From an uncultured Deferribacteres bacterium (GTDB lineage Bacteria; Zhuqueibacterota; Zhuqueibacteria; Zhuqueibacterales; Geothermadaptataceae): a stretch of 17,920 nt of DNA. This document shows, one piece after another, positions 6,516 through 14,901 of the stretch. Under the pieces are notes generated by a model, which was not told the DNA's origin, searched no databases, and saw nothing but the letters and a program-made list of their open reading frames with translations. Positions within the stretch are counted from its first letter, which is position 1. Every line of letters begins with the position of its first letter. The stretch covers positions 1 through 17,920 of the forward strand of contig CAXHAT010000161.1 of assembly GCA_964014485.1 (NCBI GenBank), written 5' to 3'. Position numbers and translations under genes: made by a program.

Positions 6516-7515
6516 CTAAATTTCCGCGCTTTTTCCATTCCTTGATGATTTGTTCCAAGACCCAATTCGTTCGCGCCGCACTTTCGCCGGTACTTGGGCA
6601 TTTCCCGAAGCCGCGCAATTCGTCAACAATCGTCTGAATGAGCGGCTGTTGTACATGCGGCGGGTTCTGTTGCTCAAAGATTTCCTTGTCGTTTTCGGTT
6701 TCCAAAATAACCGGCTCCGGGTTGAAAGTCGGAAAGATAATTCTACCGCGACTGCCAACAATTTCCGTCTCATCCAAACGGCGGTTACTTTGTGCGGCAA
6801 ATGACCAGAGTCCTGCTCCCAGTACGCCGGACTTAAATTCAAAACTGGCGCTGACAAGGTCTTCCGCATCGTATTTCCCGGCCTGATTTGTCACCGCCCC
6901 TTTTGCAGACCTTATCGGGCCTAGTAAATAGTCGAGGAAATCGAATTGATGAGAAGCCAGGTCGAAAAAATGCCCCCCGCCTGAAATTTCCGGCTTGACG
7001 CGCCAGTTCAGATTTTGCCCGGAAATTTCACCTGGTTTCAAAGGCTGAAAAAGGCGTATCGTAACGCCACGTATTTCCCCGATGGCATTCGAATCCACCC
7101 ATTCTTTGATTTTCAGAAACGCCGGCAGGCGTCGGCGATAATAAGCGACGAAGAGCGGCGAACGGGCTTTTTCGCAGGCTGAAATGATTGCACGACAAGC
7201 TTGATAGCGAGCCGCCATTGGTTTTTCAACGTAGACAGCTTTGCCCGCTTCGGCTGAACGAATCGCATACTCTGCGTGCGAACCCGGCGGCGTTGCAATG
7301 TAGATTGCGTTAATTTCCGAGTCGCCAATTAATTGTTCAGCGCTGTCGTACCATTTTGGAACGCCGTGCCGTTCGGCAAAGTCCGCCGCCTTGTCTCGAT
7401 TTCTTCGCATCACGGCAACAAGTCTGGAATGTTGAATTTTGTTGAAAGCTGGTCCGCTCTTGACTTCCGTTACATCGCCGCAGCCAATAATTCCCCATCT
7501 TATTTCGTTTTGCAA
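6508..7515 (-). CDS. Gfo/Idh/MocA family oxidoreductase
   Basis: WGIIGCGDVTEVKSGPAF, YIATPP, VYVEKPMA and GGHFFDLASHQFD. TTG start. Overlaps the downstream gene by 8 nt. Confidence 0.93.
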   Translation of the reverse strand: MQNEIRWGIIGCGDVTEVKSGPAFNKIQHSRLVAVMRRNRDKAADFAERHGVPKWYDSAEQLIGDSEINAIYIATPPGSHAEYAIRSAEAGKAVYVEKPMAARYQACRAIISACEKARSPLFVAYYRRRLPAFLKIKEWVDSNAIGEIRGVTIRLFQPLKPGEISGQNLNWRVKPEISGGGHFFDLASHQFDFLDYLLGPIRSAKGAVTNQAGKYDAEDLVSASFEFKSGVLGAGLWSFAAQSNRRLDETEIVGSRGRIIFPTFNPEPVILETENDKEIFEQQNPPHVQQPLIQTIVDELRGFGKCPSTGESAARTNWVLEQIIKEWKKRGNLDV

Positions 7516-7676
7516 TTCATCGCCGCCGATTTTTGGTTCTGATCACAACTTGGGTGAACTTATCAAACAATGCATGATTTAAACAATGAGCATTCCGAAT
7601 CGAATTCTCAAACAAAAAGCGCTAAACCGACATTAGACCCGGCATTCCGAACGTCAATTGTCGCATTTGAAGTCAT

Positions 7677-7702
7677 TTGTCGAGAAAGCGCTTTTTCGAC
7701 AA
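7677..7702. promoter_or_regulatory. 26-bp palindrome with LacI-family-like operator core
   Basis: TTGTCGAGAAAGC|GCTTTTTCGACAA has 12 of 13 symmetric pairs and a central AAAGCGCTTT. It lies upstream of the oxidoreductase pair. Confidence 0.5.
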
Positions 7703-7749
7703 TTTTAGTTCGGCAGCAAGACTTCTTTTGCGCCAGGTGAGATTTTTCT

Positions 7750-7883
7750 TCTCATTAGCCCCGGTTTTCAAGCCGGGGTTTTGGTAAAATCACACTTTTC
7801 TTCTCCCTCGTCGCGCAAGTGCGGCGGGGGAGAAGGGCGGAAGGACGCTCTTGTCACCGCCCTGAAGGACGGCGCTAATGAGA
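7750..7883. mobile_element. Non-autonomous REP-doublet/MITE-like palindromic element
   Basis: Perfect 10-bp terminal IR TCTCATTAGC/GCTAATGAGA extends imperfectly to about 29 bp. Left sub-terminal hairpin is CCCCGG-TTTTCAAG-CCGGGG. An internal GC-rich hairpin of about 15 bp spans 7800-7835. Confidence 0.6.
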
Positions 7884-7942
7884 TGAAGAAACTATTTCCA
7901 TCTCCAATTCTTGTATGCGGAATGTCGGTTAGACAATCCGGC

Positions 7943-7971
7943 TTGACAATACTTGTTTATTTTGATATATT
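7943..7971 (+). promoter_or_regulatory. Sigma70-type promoter for the folK gene run
   Basis: TTGACA (7943-7948), 17-bp spacer, TATATT (7966-7971), with extended -10 TG at 7963-7964. About 85 bp upstream of folK. Confidence 0.75.
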
Positions 7972-8055
7972 TTCGCCGATTTTTTTCTTTGATTTTTTTG
8001 AACTTAAATCACTTAAAATAAAGCCGCTTGGCTGTAAACGGGAAATCATTTCAAA

Positions 8056-8613
8056 TTGACCAATGTATTTTGCGGCGTCGGATCGAATATTGGGGATCGG
8101 GAAAAATATATTGCCGACGCGCTGGGCAAGCTTATAGAACACCCCGGGATTGTTTTGCTCAGACAATCAACCATTTTTGAATCCGAACCGATGGGATTCA
8201 AAGCGCAGCCTGACTTTTTAAATTGCGTCATTGAATTTTATACGACCCTTGATCCGCTCGAATTGTTGAGAACGCTGCAAGGAATCGAAAAATCACTTGG
8301 TCGTAAACGCGTTGTCAAGTGGGGGCCGCGGACGATTGATCTTGATATTTTGCTCTACGGCGATATGATGATAAACTTGGCCAGTTTGGTTGCGCCGCAC
8401 CCTCGCCTTTCAGAACGAAATTTCGTTCTTCTCCCTCTCAATGAGCTCGCTTCAAACACAACCGTCCCCGGGAAAAACCGCACTGTGTGCGAATTGCTCG
8501 CCGAGTGCCCTGATGATTCGGAAATTTCAATTTATACGCAGCGACGTCCTCTCTGGTCAGAGAAACGCGTAGAAAAACGGGAAACTCATGCAAACGCAAT
8601 ATATCGCTATTGA
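8056..8613 (+). CDS. folK: 2-amino-4-hydroxy-6-hydroxymethyldihydropteridine diphosphokinase
   Basis: GVGSNIGDR, QPDFLNCV, KWGPRTIDLDILLYG, PHPRL.ERNFVLLPL. Confidence 0.97.
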   Translation: MTNVFCGVGSNIGDREKYIADALGKLIEHPGIVLLRQSTIFESEPMGFKAQPDFLNCVIEFYTTLDPLELLRTLQGIEKSLGRKRVVKWGPRTIDLDILLYGDMMINLASLVAPHPRLSERNFVLLPLNELASNTTVPGKNRTVCELLAECPDDSEISIYTQRRPLWSEKRVEKRETHANAIYRY

Positions 8614-9220
8614 AGGCGTCATCGGCGCCGGAAAGACAACTTTGACCAAGAAGCTTGCAGCGCGCCTTGGCACAAGGACGCTTTTTGAACAGCATGACGA
8701 GAACCCGTTCCTTGCCGATTTTTATCGTGAACCCAAACGATTCGCCTTCCAGACGCAACTCTTTTTCCTCTTGAGCAGGTATCGGCAGCAGCAGGAAATC
8801 CCACAGTTGGATCTCTTTGAAAATGTATTGATATCAGACTACATTTTCGCCAAAGATCGAATTTTCGCTTCAATTACGCTAGATGAAAGAGAAATGCGTT
8901 TATACGACAAAGTGGCCTCGCTGCTGGAACGCGATATCGTCAAGCCGGACTTGGTGGTTTACTTGCAGTCGAGCACGGAGCGGCTCATGCGCCACATCGC
9001 GAAGCGAGGACGCGACTATGAGAAAAGTATGAGCGAAGATTATATCAGGACGCTTAATGAGGCGTACAACCAGTTCTTTTTCAACTTTTCAAACACGCCG
9101 CTTTTGGTGGTAAACACCAATGACATCGATTTTGTCGAGAATGAAAATGATTTTGTCGACCTGATGCAGCAATTGAAACGGCCCGTTTCCGGCGTGCAAT
9201 ATTATTCCCCACGCAAATAG
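8588..9220 (+). CDS. Deoxynucleoside kinase (dAK/dGK family)
   Basis: P-loop IEGVIGAGKTT, NPFLADFY, FQTQLFFL.SRY.QQ, SDYIFAKD, PDLVVYLQ, KRGRDYE. Confidence 0.95.
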   Translation: MQTQYIAIEGVIGAGKTTLTKKLAARLGTRTLFEQHDENPFLADFYREPKRFAFQTQLFFLLSRYRQQQEIPQLDLFENVLISDYIFAKDRIFASITLDEREMRLYDKVASLLERDIVKPDLVVYLQSSTERLMRHIAKRGRDYEKSMSEDYIRTLNEAYNQFFFNFSNTPLLVVNTNDIDFVENENDFVDLMQQLKRPVSGVQYYSPRK

Positions 9221-9228
9221 GCGGACGC

Positions 9229-9426
9229 ATGATTATTAAGGCAATTTTTTGGGCGATCATTATTTATTTTGGCTACAAGGTTTATCAGGGATACATCGCG
9301 AGCAAAAAGCAAGAAACCGACTCGAAGGTGAAAGGGGAGCCACAAAAAGACAAACTCAACTTGAACGATCTTGACGTTGAAGATGCATCTTACCGAGAAA
9401 TCGATAAGAATGACAAAGAAGACTAA
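9229..9426 (+). CDS. Small single-pass membrane protein (65 aa)
   Basis: Fills the gap in the operon. N-terminal TM helix and acidic tail DVEDASYREI. Confidence 0.75.
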   Translation: MIIKAIFWAIIIYFGYKVYQGYIASKKQETDSKVKGEPQKDKLNLNDLDVEDASYREIDKNDKED

Positions 9427-9449
9427 CCGTTTAGCGGAGGGTTTTGAAT

Positions 9450-9863
9450 ATGAAGAAAATTGTGAGCACAAAGAACGCGCCGAGTGCGATCGGGGCTTAT
9501 AGCCAGGGCGTCATTGTAGACGGCGGCGTTCAAATCCATAACAACCAGCCGAAGTTGGTTTTTACCGCCGGACAGATTCCGCTTGACCCCAAAACAGGCG
9601 AAATGCGCAACGACACAATAGAAGAAGCGACGGAGCAGGTGCTAAAAAACGTGCGCGGCGTTTTAGAGGCCGCCGGCAGTCGTATGGAGAACGTGATAAA
9701 AACGACTGTCTTCCTGCAAGACATGTCCGAGTTTGCCGGAATGAATGAAGTTTATTCTCGCTTTTTTAGTGAAAATCCCCCGGCTCGATCCGCCGTTCAG
9801 GCTGCGGCATTGCCAAAAGGCTCGCGCGTTGAGATAGAAGCGATTGCTACGGTTTCCATGTAA
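9450..9863 (+). CDS. ridA: RidA/YjgF/UK114 family enamine-imine deaminase
   Basis: APSAIGAYSQG, FTAGQIPLDP, VIKTTVFL, PARSAV (catalytic Arg), VEIEAIA. ATG 9450 is 9 nt after GGAGG. Confidence 0.92.
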   Translation: MKKIVSTKNAPSAIGAYSQGVIVDGGVQIHNNQPKLVFTAGQIPLDPKTGEMRNDTIEEATEQVLKNVRGVLEAAGSRMENVIKTTVFLQDMSEFAGMNEVYSRFFSENPPARSAVQAAALPKGSRVEIEAIATVSM

Positions 9864-10477
9864 TGACCAATATTCGCGTGACCAAAATAGGAGCGCTTTT
9901 TGTGATTCTGACAGCCGGGAACTCTCTCGGATATGCACAGAAGGCCAAAGAGTTGCGTGATGGAATCCAGGCCTTTGCACGCGAATTAATCGTCCAACGG
10001 GAAAGTTTTGAAAACACCTTTTTGCTGAGAAAAAACAACCTTGTCTTTGAGCAAAACGCTTCCACGATGACAGCCGACTCGTTGTCTGCACAGCCTCAAA
10101 AACGCAAGCCGAAAAAACCGAGAACGGCGCTTGTTAGAGCGGCGGTTTTCCCAGGCTGGGGGCAGATGTATACGGAAAAATATTTTAAGGCCGTGCTCGT
10201 TTTCGGCGTACAAGCAACGTTAGCAGGCTATTCCATTTATTACAATAACAAGGTTTCCAGCGCGCTCTCGGCGGAAGAGAAAGAAATATGGGTTGATCGG
10301 CGGAACACAAATTACGGGCGCCACGCGATTGTTATACTTCTCAGCATGCTCGACGCCTACATTGACGCCCATCTTTATGATTTCGATGCCGAGTCCGATT
10401 TTTCTCCGGCGCCAGAGCAAAAGTACATCGCTTCCCCGCAAAATTTGGTTAATCTTGGTTATAGATTTTCATTCTGA
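9863..10477 (+). CDS. DUF5683-like exported/membrane protein
   Basis: Signal peptide, PRTALVRAAVFPGWGQMY and LDAYIDAHLYDFD. TAATG stop-start coupling with ridA. Confidence 0.8.
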   Translation: MTNIRVTKIGALFVILTAGNSLGYAQKAKELRDGIQAFARELIVQRESFENTFLLRKNNLVFEQNASTMTADSLSAQPQKRKPKKPRTALVRAAVFPGWGQMYTEKYFKAVLVFGVQATLAGYSIYYNNKVSSALSAEEKEIWVDRRNTNYGRHAIVILLSMLDAYIDAHLYDFDAESDFSPAPEQKYIASPQNLVNLGYRFSF

Positions 10478-10487
10478 TCAAAACAAC

Positions 10488-10880
10488 ATGATCGCAAAAC
10501 ACACCGCTGCGCTTACGGTTCTATTTCTGACGTTCAATGTCTCATCCTCGCTGGGGCAGATAAATTTGACTTCTTTCGAGAAAGTCGCTCGGCCGGACTC
10601 TATGCGAAAATCTGTCGAAGACAAGTGGACTAGTCAGGATAAATTCAGCCATTTGACGGTGAGTGCGTTTCTTGTCGGCGGGCAATTTTTCGCTTTGAAG
10701 GAGTTTGCTGAATTGCAGACGGCTGAAGCGAGAAACGCCGCCGTAATTTCGACGGCCGTAATCGGTGTAGCGAAAGAAATTTATGACCATGTTTCGAAAA
10801 AAGGACAGCCGAGCCTTAAGGATATCGGCGCGGATTTTCTCGGCGTAGGACTTGCCGTTCTCATGCTTCATAATTATTGA
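10488..10880 (+). CDS. Hypothetical membrane protein, YfiM/DUF2279-like
   Basis: ATG 10488 follows the upstream stop. Signal-like N-terminus, then DKW..DKFSH, GVAKEIYD and SLKDI.AD..G motifs. Confidence 0.7.
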   Translation: MIAKHTAALTVLFLTFNVSSSLGQINLTSFEKVARPDSMRKSVEDKWTSQDKFSHLTVSAFLVGGQFFALKEFAELQTAEARNAAVISTAVIGVAKEIYDHVSKKGQPSLKDIGADFLGVGLAVLMLHNY

Positions 10881-10904
10881 CGACAACCATTTTGTGAGCA
10901 AATC

Positions 10905-12332
10905 TTGGGAACAAAAATAACTCGAGTTGACCACGAAGTTCTCGAAAAACCGCGCAGCAATTGCGGGGTCGTTGGCATCCATGGTACGGCGGAATCTTCA
11001 AAGCTGGCTTACCTGAGCTTGTATGCTTTGCAGCATCGCGGGCAGGAAAGCGCCGGGATCGTTTCGAGCGACGAAAAGCGCCTGCATCGCCACTCCGGCC
11101 AAGGGCTTGTCGCGGACGTTTTTCGCGACGATAGCATTTTTGACCGACTACCCGGAAATATGGCCATCGGGCACAATCGTTATTCAACCACCGGTTCTTC
11201 TAATTTACAAAACGCCCAGCCGTTTTTGGTCAATTCGAAAGACGGCCCAATGGCGCTTTCGCACAACGGCAATTTTGTCAATGCCCGCTCAATTCGGCGC
11301 GAGCTGGAGCGCAGCGGCGCAATTTTCCAAACGACGAGCGATTCTGAAGTCGTGCTCCATTTGTTGGCGCGATCATTAGCGCCGGACATGGTTTCCAAGC
11401 TGCGGGAGGTTTTTACCATTCTTCGCGGCGCTTACAGCCTGGCGCTGATCACCAAAGACGCCATTTACGGCGTACGCGATCCTAACGGGTTCCGTCCTTT
11501 TTGCATCGGAAAAAAGCGCTATGCAAACGTCGTTGTATCCGAATCCTGCGCGCTTGACCTTTTGGGCGGACGTTACGTTCGCGATGTTGAACCGGGCGAA
11601 ATTATTGTTCTGAACAAGGAAGGCGTACACTCCCACAAACTGGACATTCAAACGAAACGCACGGCCTGCATTTTTGAATTCGTTTACTTTTCTCGTCCTG
11701 ACAGTCGCATTTTCAACGATAATGTTGATCGGGCCAGACGCAGACTCGGGAAGAATTTGGCGCTCGAAGACAATCTTGACGCGGACATTGTGATTTCCGT
11801 CCCGGACAGCTCAAATACGGCGGCGGTTGGATATTCCAGGCGCAGCGGGATAAAATTCGAACTTGGGCTGATTCGGAATCATTATGTTGGCCGAACGTTC
11901 ATTCAGCCGGGGCAGGGTATGCGCGATTTCAAGGTCAGGGTCAAATTCAACACAGTGAACGGCGTTCTCAAAGGTCGTCGAGTGGTTTTGGTAGACGATT
12001 CAATCGTGCGCGGAACGACTTTGAAAAACCTCGTCGGCATGATCCGAAAAGCCGGCGCCGCCGAAGTGCATGTACGGATCAGCTCACCGCCAATCACCTC
12101 GCCGTGTTATTACGGGATGGATTTCCCGACAAAATCAGAATTGGTCGCCAATCGGATGAATCCGGATGAATTATGTAAGTACGTCGCCGCCGATTCACTA
12201 AAATATCTTTCAGTTCAAGGTTTGCTTAAATCTGTTTCACATGACAAAGGCGGCTATTGCACCGCTTGTTTTTCAGGAGACTATCCGATTTTGCCTGAAA
12301 AAATTGGAGATAAGCATGATATGGAAAATTAA
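10905..12332 (+). CDS. purF: Amidophosphoribosyltransferase (propeptide, Fe-S type)
   Basis: Propeptide then CGVVG, LQHRGQESAG, GHNRYSTTG, VDDSIVRGTT. Cys motifs CIFE, PCYYG and CTAC. Confidence 0.98.
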   Translation: MGTKITRVDHEVLEKPRSNCGVVGIHGTAESSKLAYLSLYALQHRGQESAGIVSSDEKRLHRHSGQGLVADVFRDDSIFDRLPGNMAIGHNRYSTTGSSNLQNAQPFLVNSKDGPMALSHNGNFVNARSIRRELERSGAIFQTTSDSEVVLHLLARSLAPDMVSKLREVFTILRGAYSLALITKDAIYGVRDPNGFRPFCIGKKRYANVVVSESCALDLLGGRYVRDVEPGEIIVLNKEGVHSHKLDIQTKRTACIFEFVYFSRPDSRIFNDNVDRARRRLGKNLALEDNLDADIVISVPDSSNTAAVGYSRRSGIKFELGLIRNHYVGRTFIQPGQGMRDFKVRVKFNTVNGVLKGRRVVLVDDSIVRGTTLKNLVGMIRKAGAAEVHVRISSPPITSPCYYGMDFPTKSELVANRMNPDELCKYVAADSLKYLSVQGLLKSVSHDKGGYCTACFSGDYPILPEKIGDKHDMEN

Positions 12333-12352
12333 TACCGGAGATAGAGCCCACG

Positions 12353-13387
12353 ATGTCTGAAGGGATTCAGGAAACCGCGTCGAGCCGAATTGAGCAAGTC
12401 GAATATGATAATTCGCTGCTGAACTCGACGCTTCATTTTTTTGATTATATTTTTTTACTCAGACCAACGCTATTTTTCCCGGTCTGGACGGTTTTTGCCG
12501 CAGGATTTATTGCCGCGATAAGATTCGAAACAGGACAGGCGCACGGAGTTGCGGATGCAGCGACTTACGGTATGTTTCTGATGGCTGGTCTTGGGCTGAC
12601 GTTACTTATGGGCGGCGTTTTTATCATCAATCAATTAGCCGACGAGGAAATTGACCGTTCAAATAACAAACTCTTTCTGATTGCTAACGGTTGCGTTTCG
12701 AAGAGCGCGGCGCGCATCGAAACCGGGATCGTCTCGCTGGTTGGTTTGGCGCTGGCGGGGATTGTGTCTTGGCGATTGGCTGTAGTTTTCGTGATTGTTT
12801 TTGCGGTTACCGGCGCGCTTTATAGTTTGCCCCCATTCAAATGGAAAGACAAGGCTTTGCCCGGGCTTTTGCTTAACGCCCTAGGCGCAATGCTCGTTTT
12901 TTTCGCGGGATGGCTCACGCACCTGCCTCTCGGTCAAGAATCGTTGTTCGCTTCGATTCCTTACATCCTTTCCGTTACGGCGGTTTATCTCTACACAACG
13001 CTTCTTGATCAAGAAGGCGATCAACAACACCAGAAAACGACCTTTGCCGTACAATTTGGCAAGAAGAACACCATCCGGTTCGGCGCCGTTCTCTTGTTTG
13101 CCGGGCTGATTCTTTCCTATCTCGACCAGGACGCCGTCATCTTTTATCCGGCTCTATTCGCATTCCCTCTCTTTCTCGTCGCCGCTTTTCGCGAAGAAAT
13201 TCGCGACGCTGACCGCGCTATTAAATACCCAATCTTTTTTCTCGCCCTTGCCGTTTCCATGATTTGGAATTGGTTTTTCGTGCTCATCATCGTCACCTAT
13301 TACCTGAGCAAGGCATATTATAAGTATCGGTTTGGCGTAAATTACCCCAGCTTTGAAAAAGACCCCGCGATTGCGCCCAAGAAGTAA
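12353..13387 (+). CDS. UbiA-family prenyltransferase
   Basis: LLRP start, Asp-rich NQLADEEIDRSN, YSLPPFKWK, second motif DQEGD..KTTFAV.FG, multiple TM segments. Confidence 0.85.
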   Translation: MSEGIQETASSRIEQVEYDNSLLNSTLHFFDYIFLLRPTLFFPVWTVFAAGFIAAIRFETGQAHGVADAATYGMFLMAGLGLTLLMGGVFIINQLADEEIDRSNNKLFLIANGCVSKSAARIETGIVSLVGLALAGIVSWRLAVVFVIVFAVTGALYSLPPFKWKDKALPGLLLNALGAMLVFFAGWLTHLPLGQESLFASIPYILSVTAVYLYTTLLDQEGDQQHQKTTFAVQFGKKNTIRFGAVLLFAGLILSYLDQDAVIFYPALFAFPLFLVAAFREEIRDADRAIKYPIFFLALAVSMIWNWFFVLIIVTYYLSKAYYKYRFGVNYPSFEKDPAIAPKK

Positions 13388-13418
13388 ATTGTAACGCCCA
13401 AGCGCGAGAGAATTCGTC

Positions 13419-13970
13419 GTGTCCGCAATATTTCAAAATTTTTTCACCATTTCAAACCTGATGAGCTTGGCCAGGCTGGTCATGGCTTGGCCAATCTTTG
13501 TTATCCTGAGCCGTAACACGGTAGAAGATAATTTTCTCGCCTATGGGTTGATGCTTCTTGCCGGCGTAACAGATTATTTCGATGGTTACTTTGCCCGCAA
13601 ATTTAACCAGGAAAGCGACATGGGTCGTATTCTGGACCCGCTTGCGGATAAAGTGCTGGTCGGCGCTATAGCGATTGTTCTCACCACAACGCACGGCATG
13701 CCGCTCTGGTTTTTGCTGTTGATAATCGGGCGTGATTTGGCTATTTTGTTCCTTGGATATTTCATGGTTTCAAAGACGAAGGAAATACCTGAGAGCAATT
13801 GGCCGGGCAAAGTTGCGGTGACGGCTTCAGCGCTTGTTTTGACCGTCTATGTTTTGCCGTTAGAGCCCTACCGAGCGTTCTTTCTTTGGGGCGGAACGGC
13901 GATGCTGCTTATTTCAACAGCCAGTTACGTGGTCAGGTTTTATCAATTCATCAGAGCAAAAGACAACTGA
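13419..13970 (+). CDS. CDP-alcohol phosphatidyltransferase (PgsA-like)
   Basis: TISNLMSLARL and the signature DYFDGYFARK...SDMGRILDPLADK. GTG start. Confidence 0.92.
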   Translation: MSAIFQNFFTISNLMSLARLVMAWPIFVILSRNTVEDNFLAYGLMLLAGVTDYFDGYFARKFNQESDMGRILDPLADKVLVGAIAIVLTTTHGMPLWFLLLIIGRDLAILFLGYFMVSKTKEIPESNWPGKVAVTASALVLTVYVLPLEPYRAFFLWGGTAMLLISTASYVVRFYQFIRAKDN

Positions 13971-13977
13971 GGCGATT

Positions 13978-14901
13978 TTGAGTAAATTTTTTTCCAAATT
14001 TCGATCCGGGTTGACGCGAACCCGTTCCAACCTAGTCGACGGCATTTCAAAAGCCGTCTCCGGTAAAACAAAACTTGATGAAGAGACGCTTGAACAGATT
14101 GAAGAATTGCTCATTGCCGCGGATGTTGGCGTTGAGCGAACATTTGAAATTATTGAAAGCTTACAGAAGCGAATTCGACTCAAAGAACGGCAGGATTTAG
14201 ACGCCGTTTTTTCTTGCCTGAAGGAAGAAATGGTCGAGCGTCTTGTTGAAGATTTTGAAGAAAAGAAAAACGGCAAAAACGATTCATCGACGCCAAAAGT
14301 TGTGCTTGTTACCGGCGTTAACGGCGTCGGCAAAACGACGACGATTGGCAAACTGGCGCATTTGAACGCTCAAGACGGCAAAAAAGTCGTGTTGGGCGCA
14401 GCAGATACTTTTCGTGCAGCCGCCTCTGCGCAGCTTGAAATTTGGGCGGAGCGCGCAGGCGTTGATATTGTGCGCAATAAGCCCGGCGCAGACCCGGCGG
14501 CGGTGGCGTTCGATGCAGTTACGGCGGCGGTTCAGCGCAAAGCCGACATAGCGCTGATTGACACGGCCGGACGCTTGCACACGAAGACGAATCTGATGGA
14601 AGAATTGAAGAAAATTCGTCGTTCCGTTTCCCGCGTTATTCCTGACGCGCCGCACGAAACCCTGCTCGTTCTTGACGCTACGACCGGACAGAACGGTTTG
14701 TCGCAGGCAAAGGTTTTTAACGAAGCCGTCGAATTAACCGGCGTGGTTTTGACTAAACTCGACGGCACGGCGAAGGGCGGCATTGTCGTTGCCATTCACG
14801 AGACCCTTGGCTTGCCGATCAAGTACGTCGGCGTCGGCGAGCAAATTGATGATTTGCAGTCTTTCGATGCTGAAGAATATGTTGAGGCGCTTTTTGCATG
14901 A
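13978..14901 (+). CDS. ftsY: Signal recognition particle receptor FtsY (short form without acidic A-domain)
   Basis: [47 protein letters not shown]. Confidence 0.98.
   Translation: MSKFFSKFRSGLTRTRSNLVDGISKAVSGKTKLDEETLEQIEELLIAADVGVERTFEIIESLQKRIRLKERQDLDAVFSCLKEEMVERLVEDFEEKKNGKNDSSTPKVVLVTGVNGVGKTTTIGKLAHLNAQDGKKVVLGAADTFRAAASAQLEIWAERAGVDIVRNKPGADPAAVAFDAVTAAVQRKADIALIDTAGRLHTKTNLMEELKKIRRSVSRVIPDAPHETLLVLDATTGQNGLSQAKVFNEAVELTGVVLTKLDGTAKGGIVVAIHETLGLPIKYVGVGEQIDDLQSFDAEEYVEALFA

Noticed and set aside
8560..8613. folK / deoxynucleoside kinase overlap as a frameshifted fusion
   Set aside because: The kinase has its own ATG at the normal position, and no convincing slippery site plus stimulator is visible. 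A 26-nt overlap is ordinary.
10293..10487. N-terminal extension of ORF 10293-10880
   Set aside because: Overlaps the DUF5683-like gene in another frame. ATG 10488 gives a clean signal-like start.
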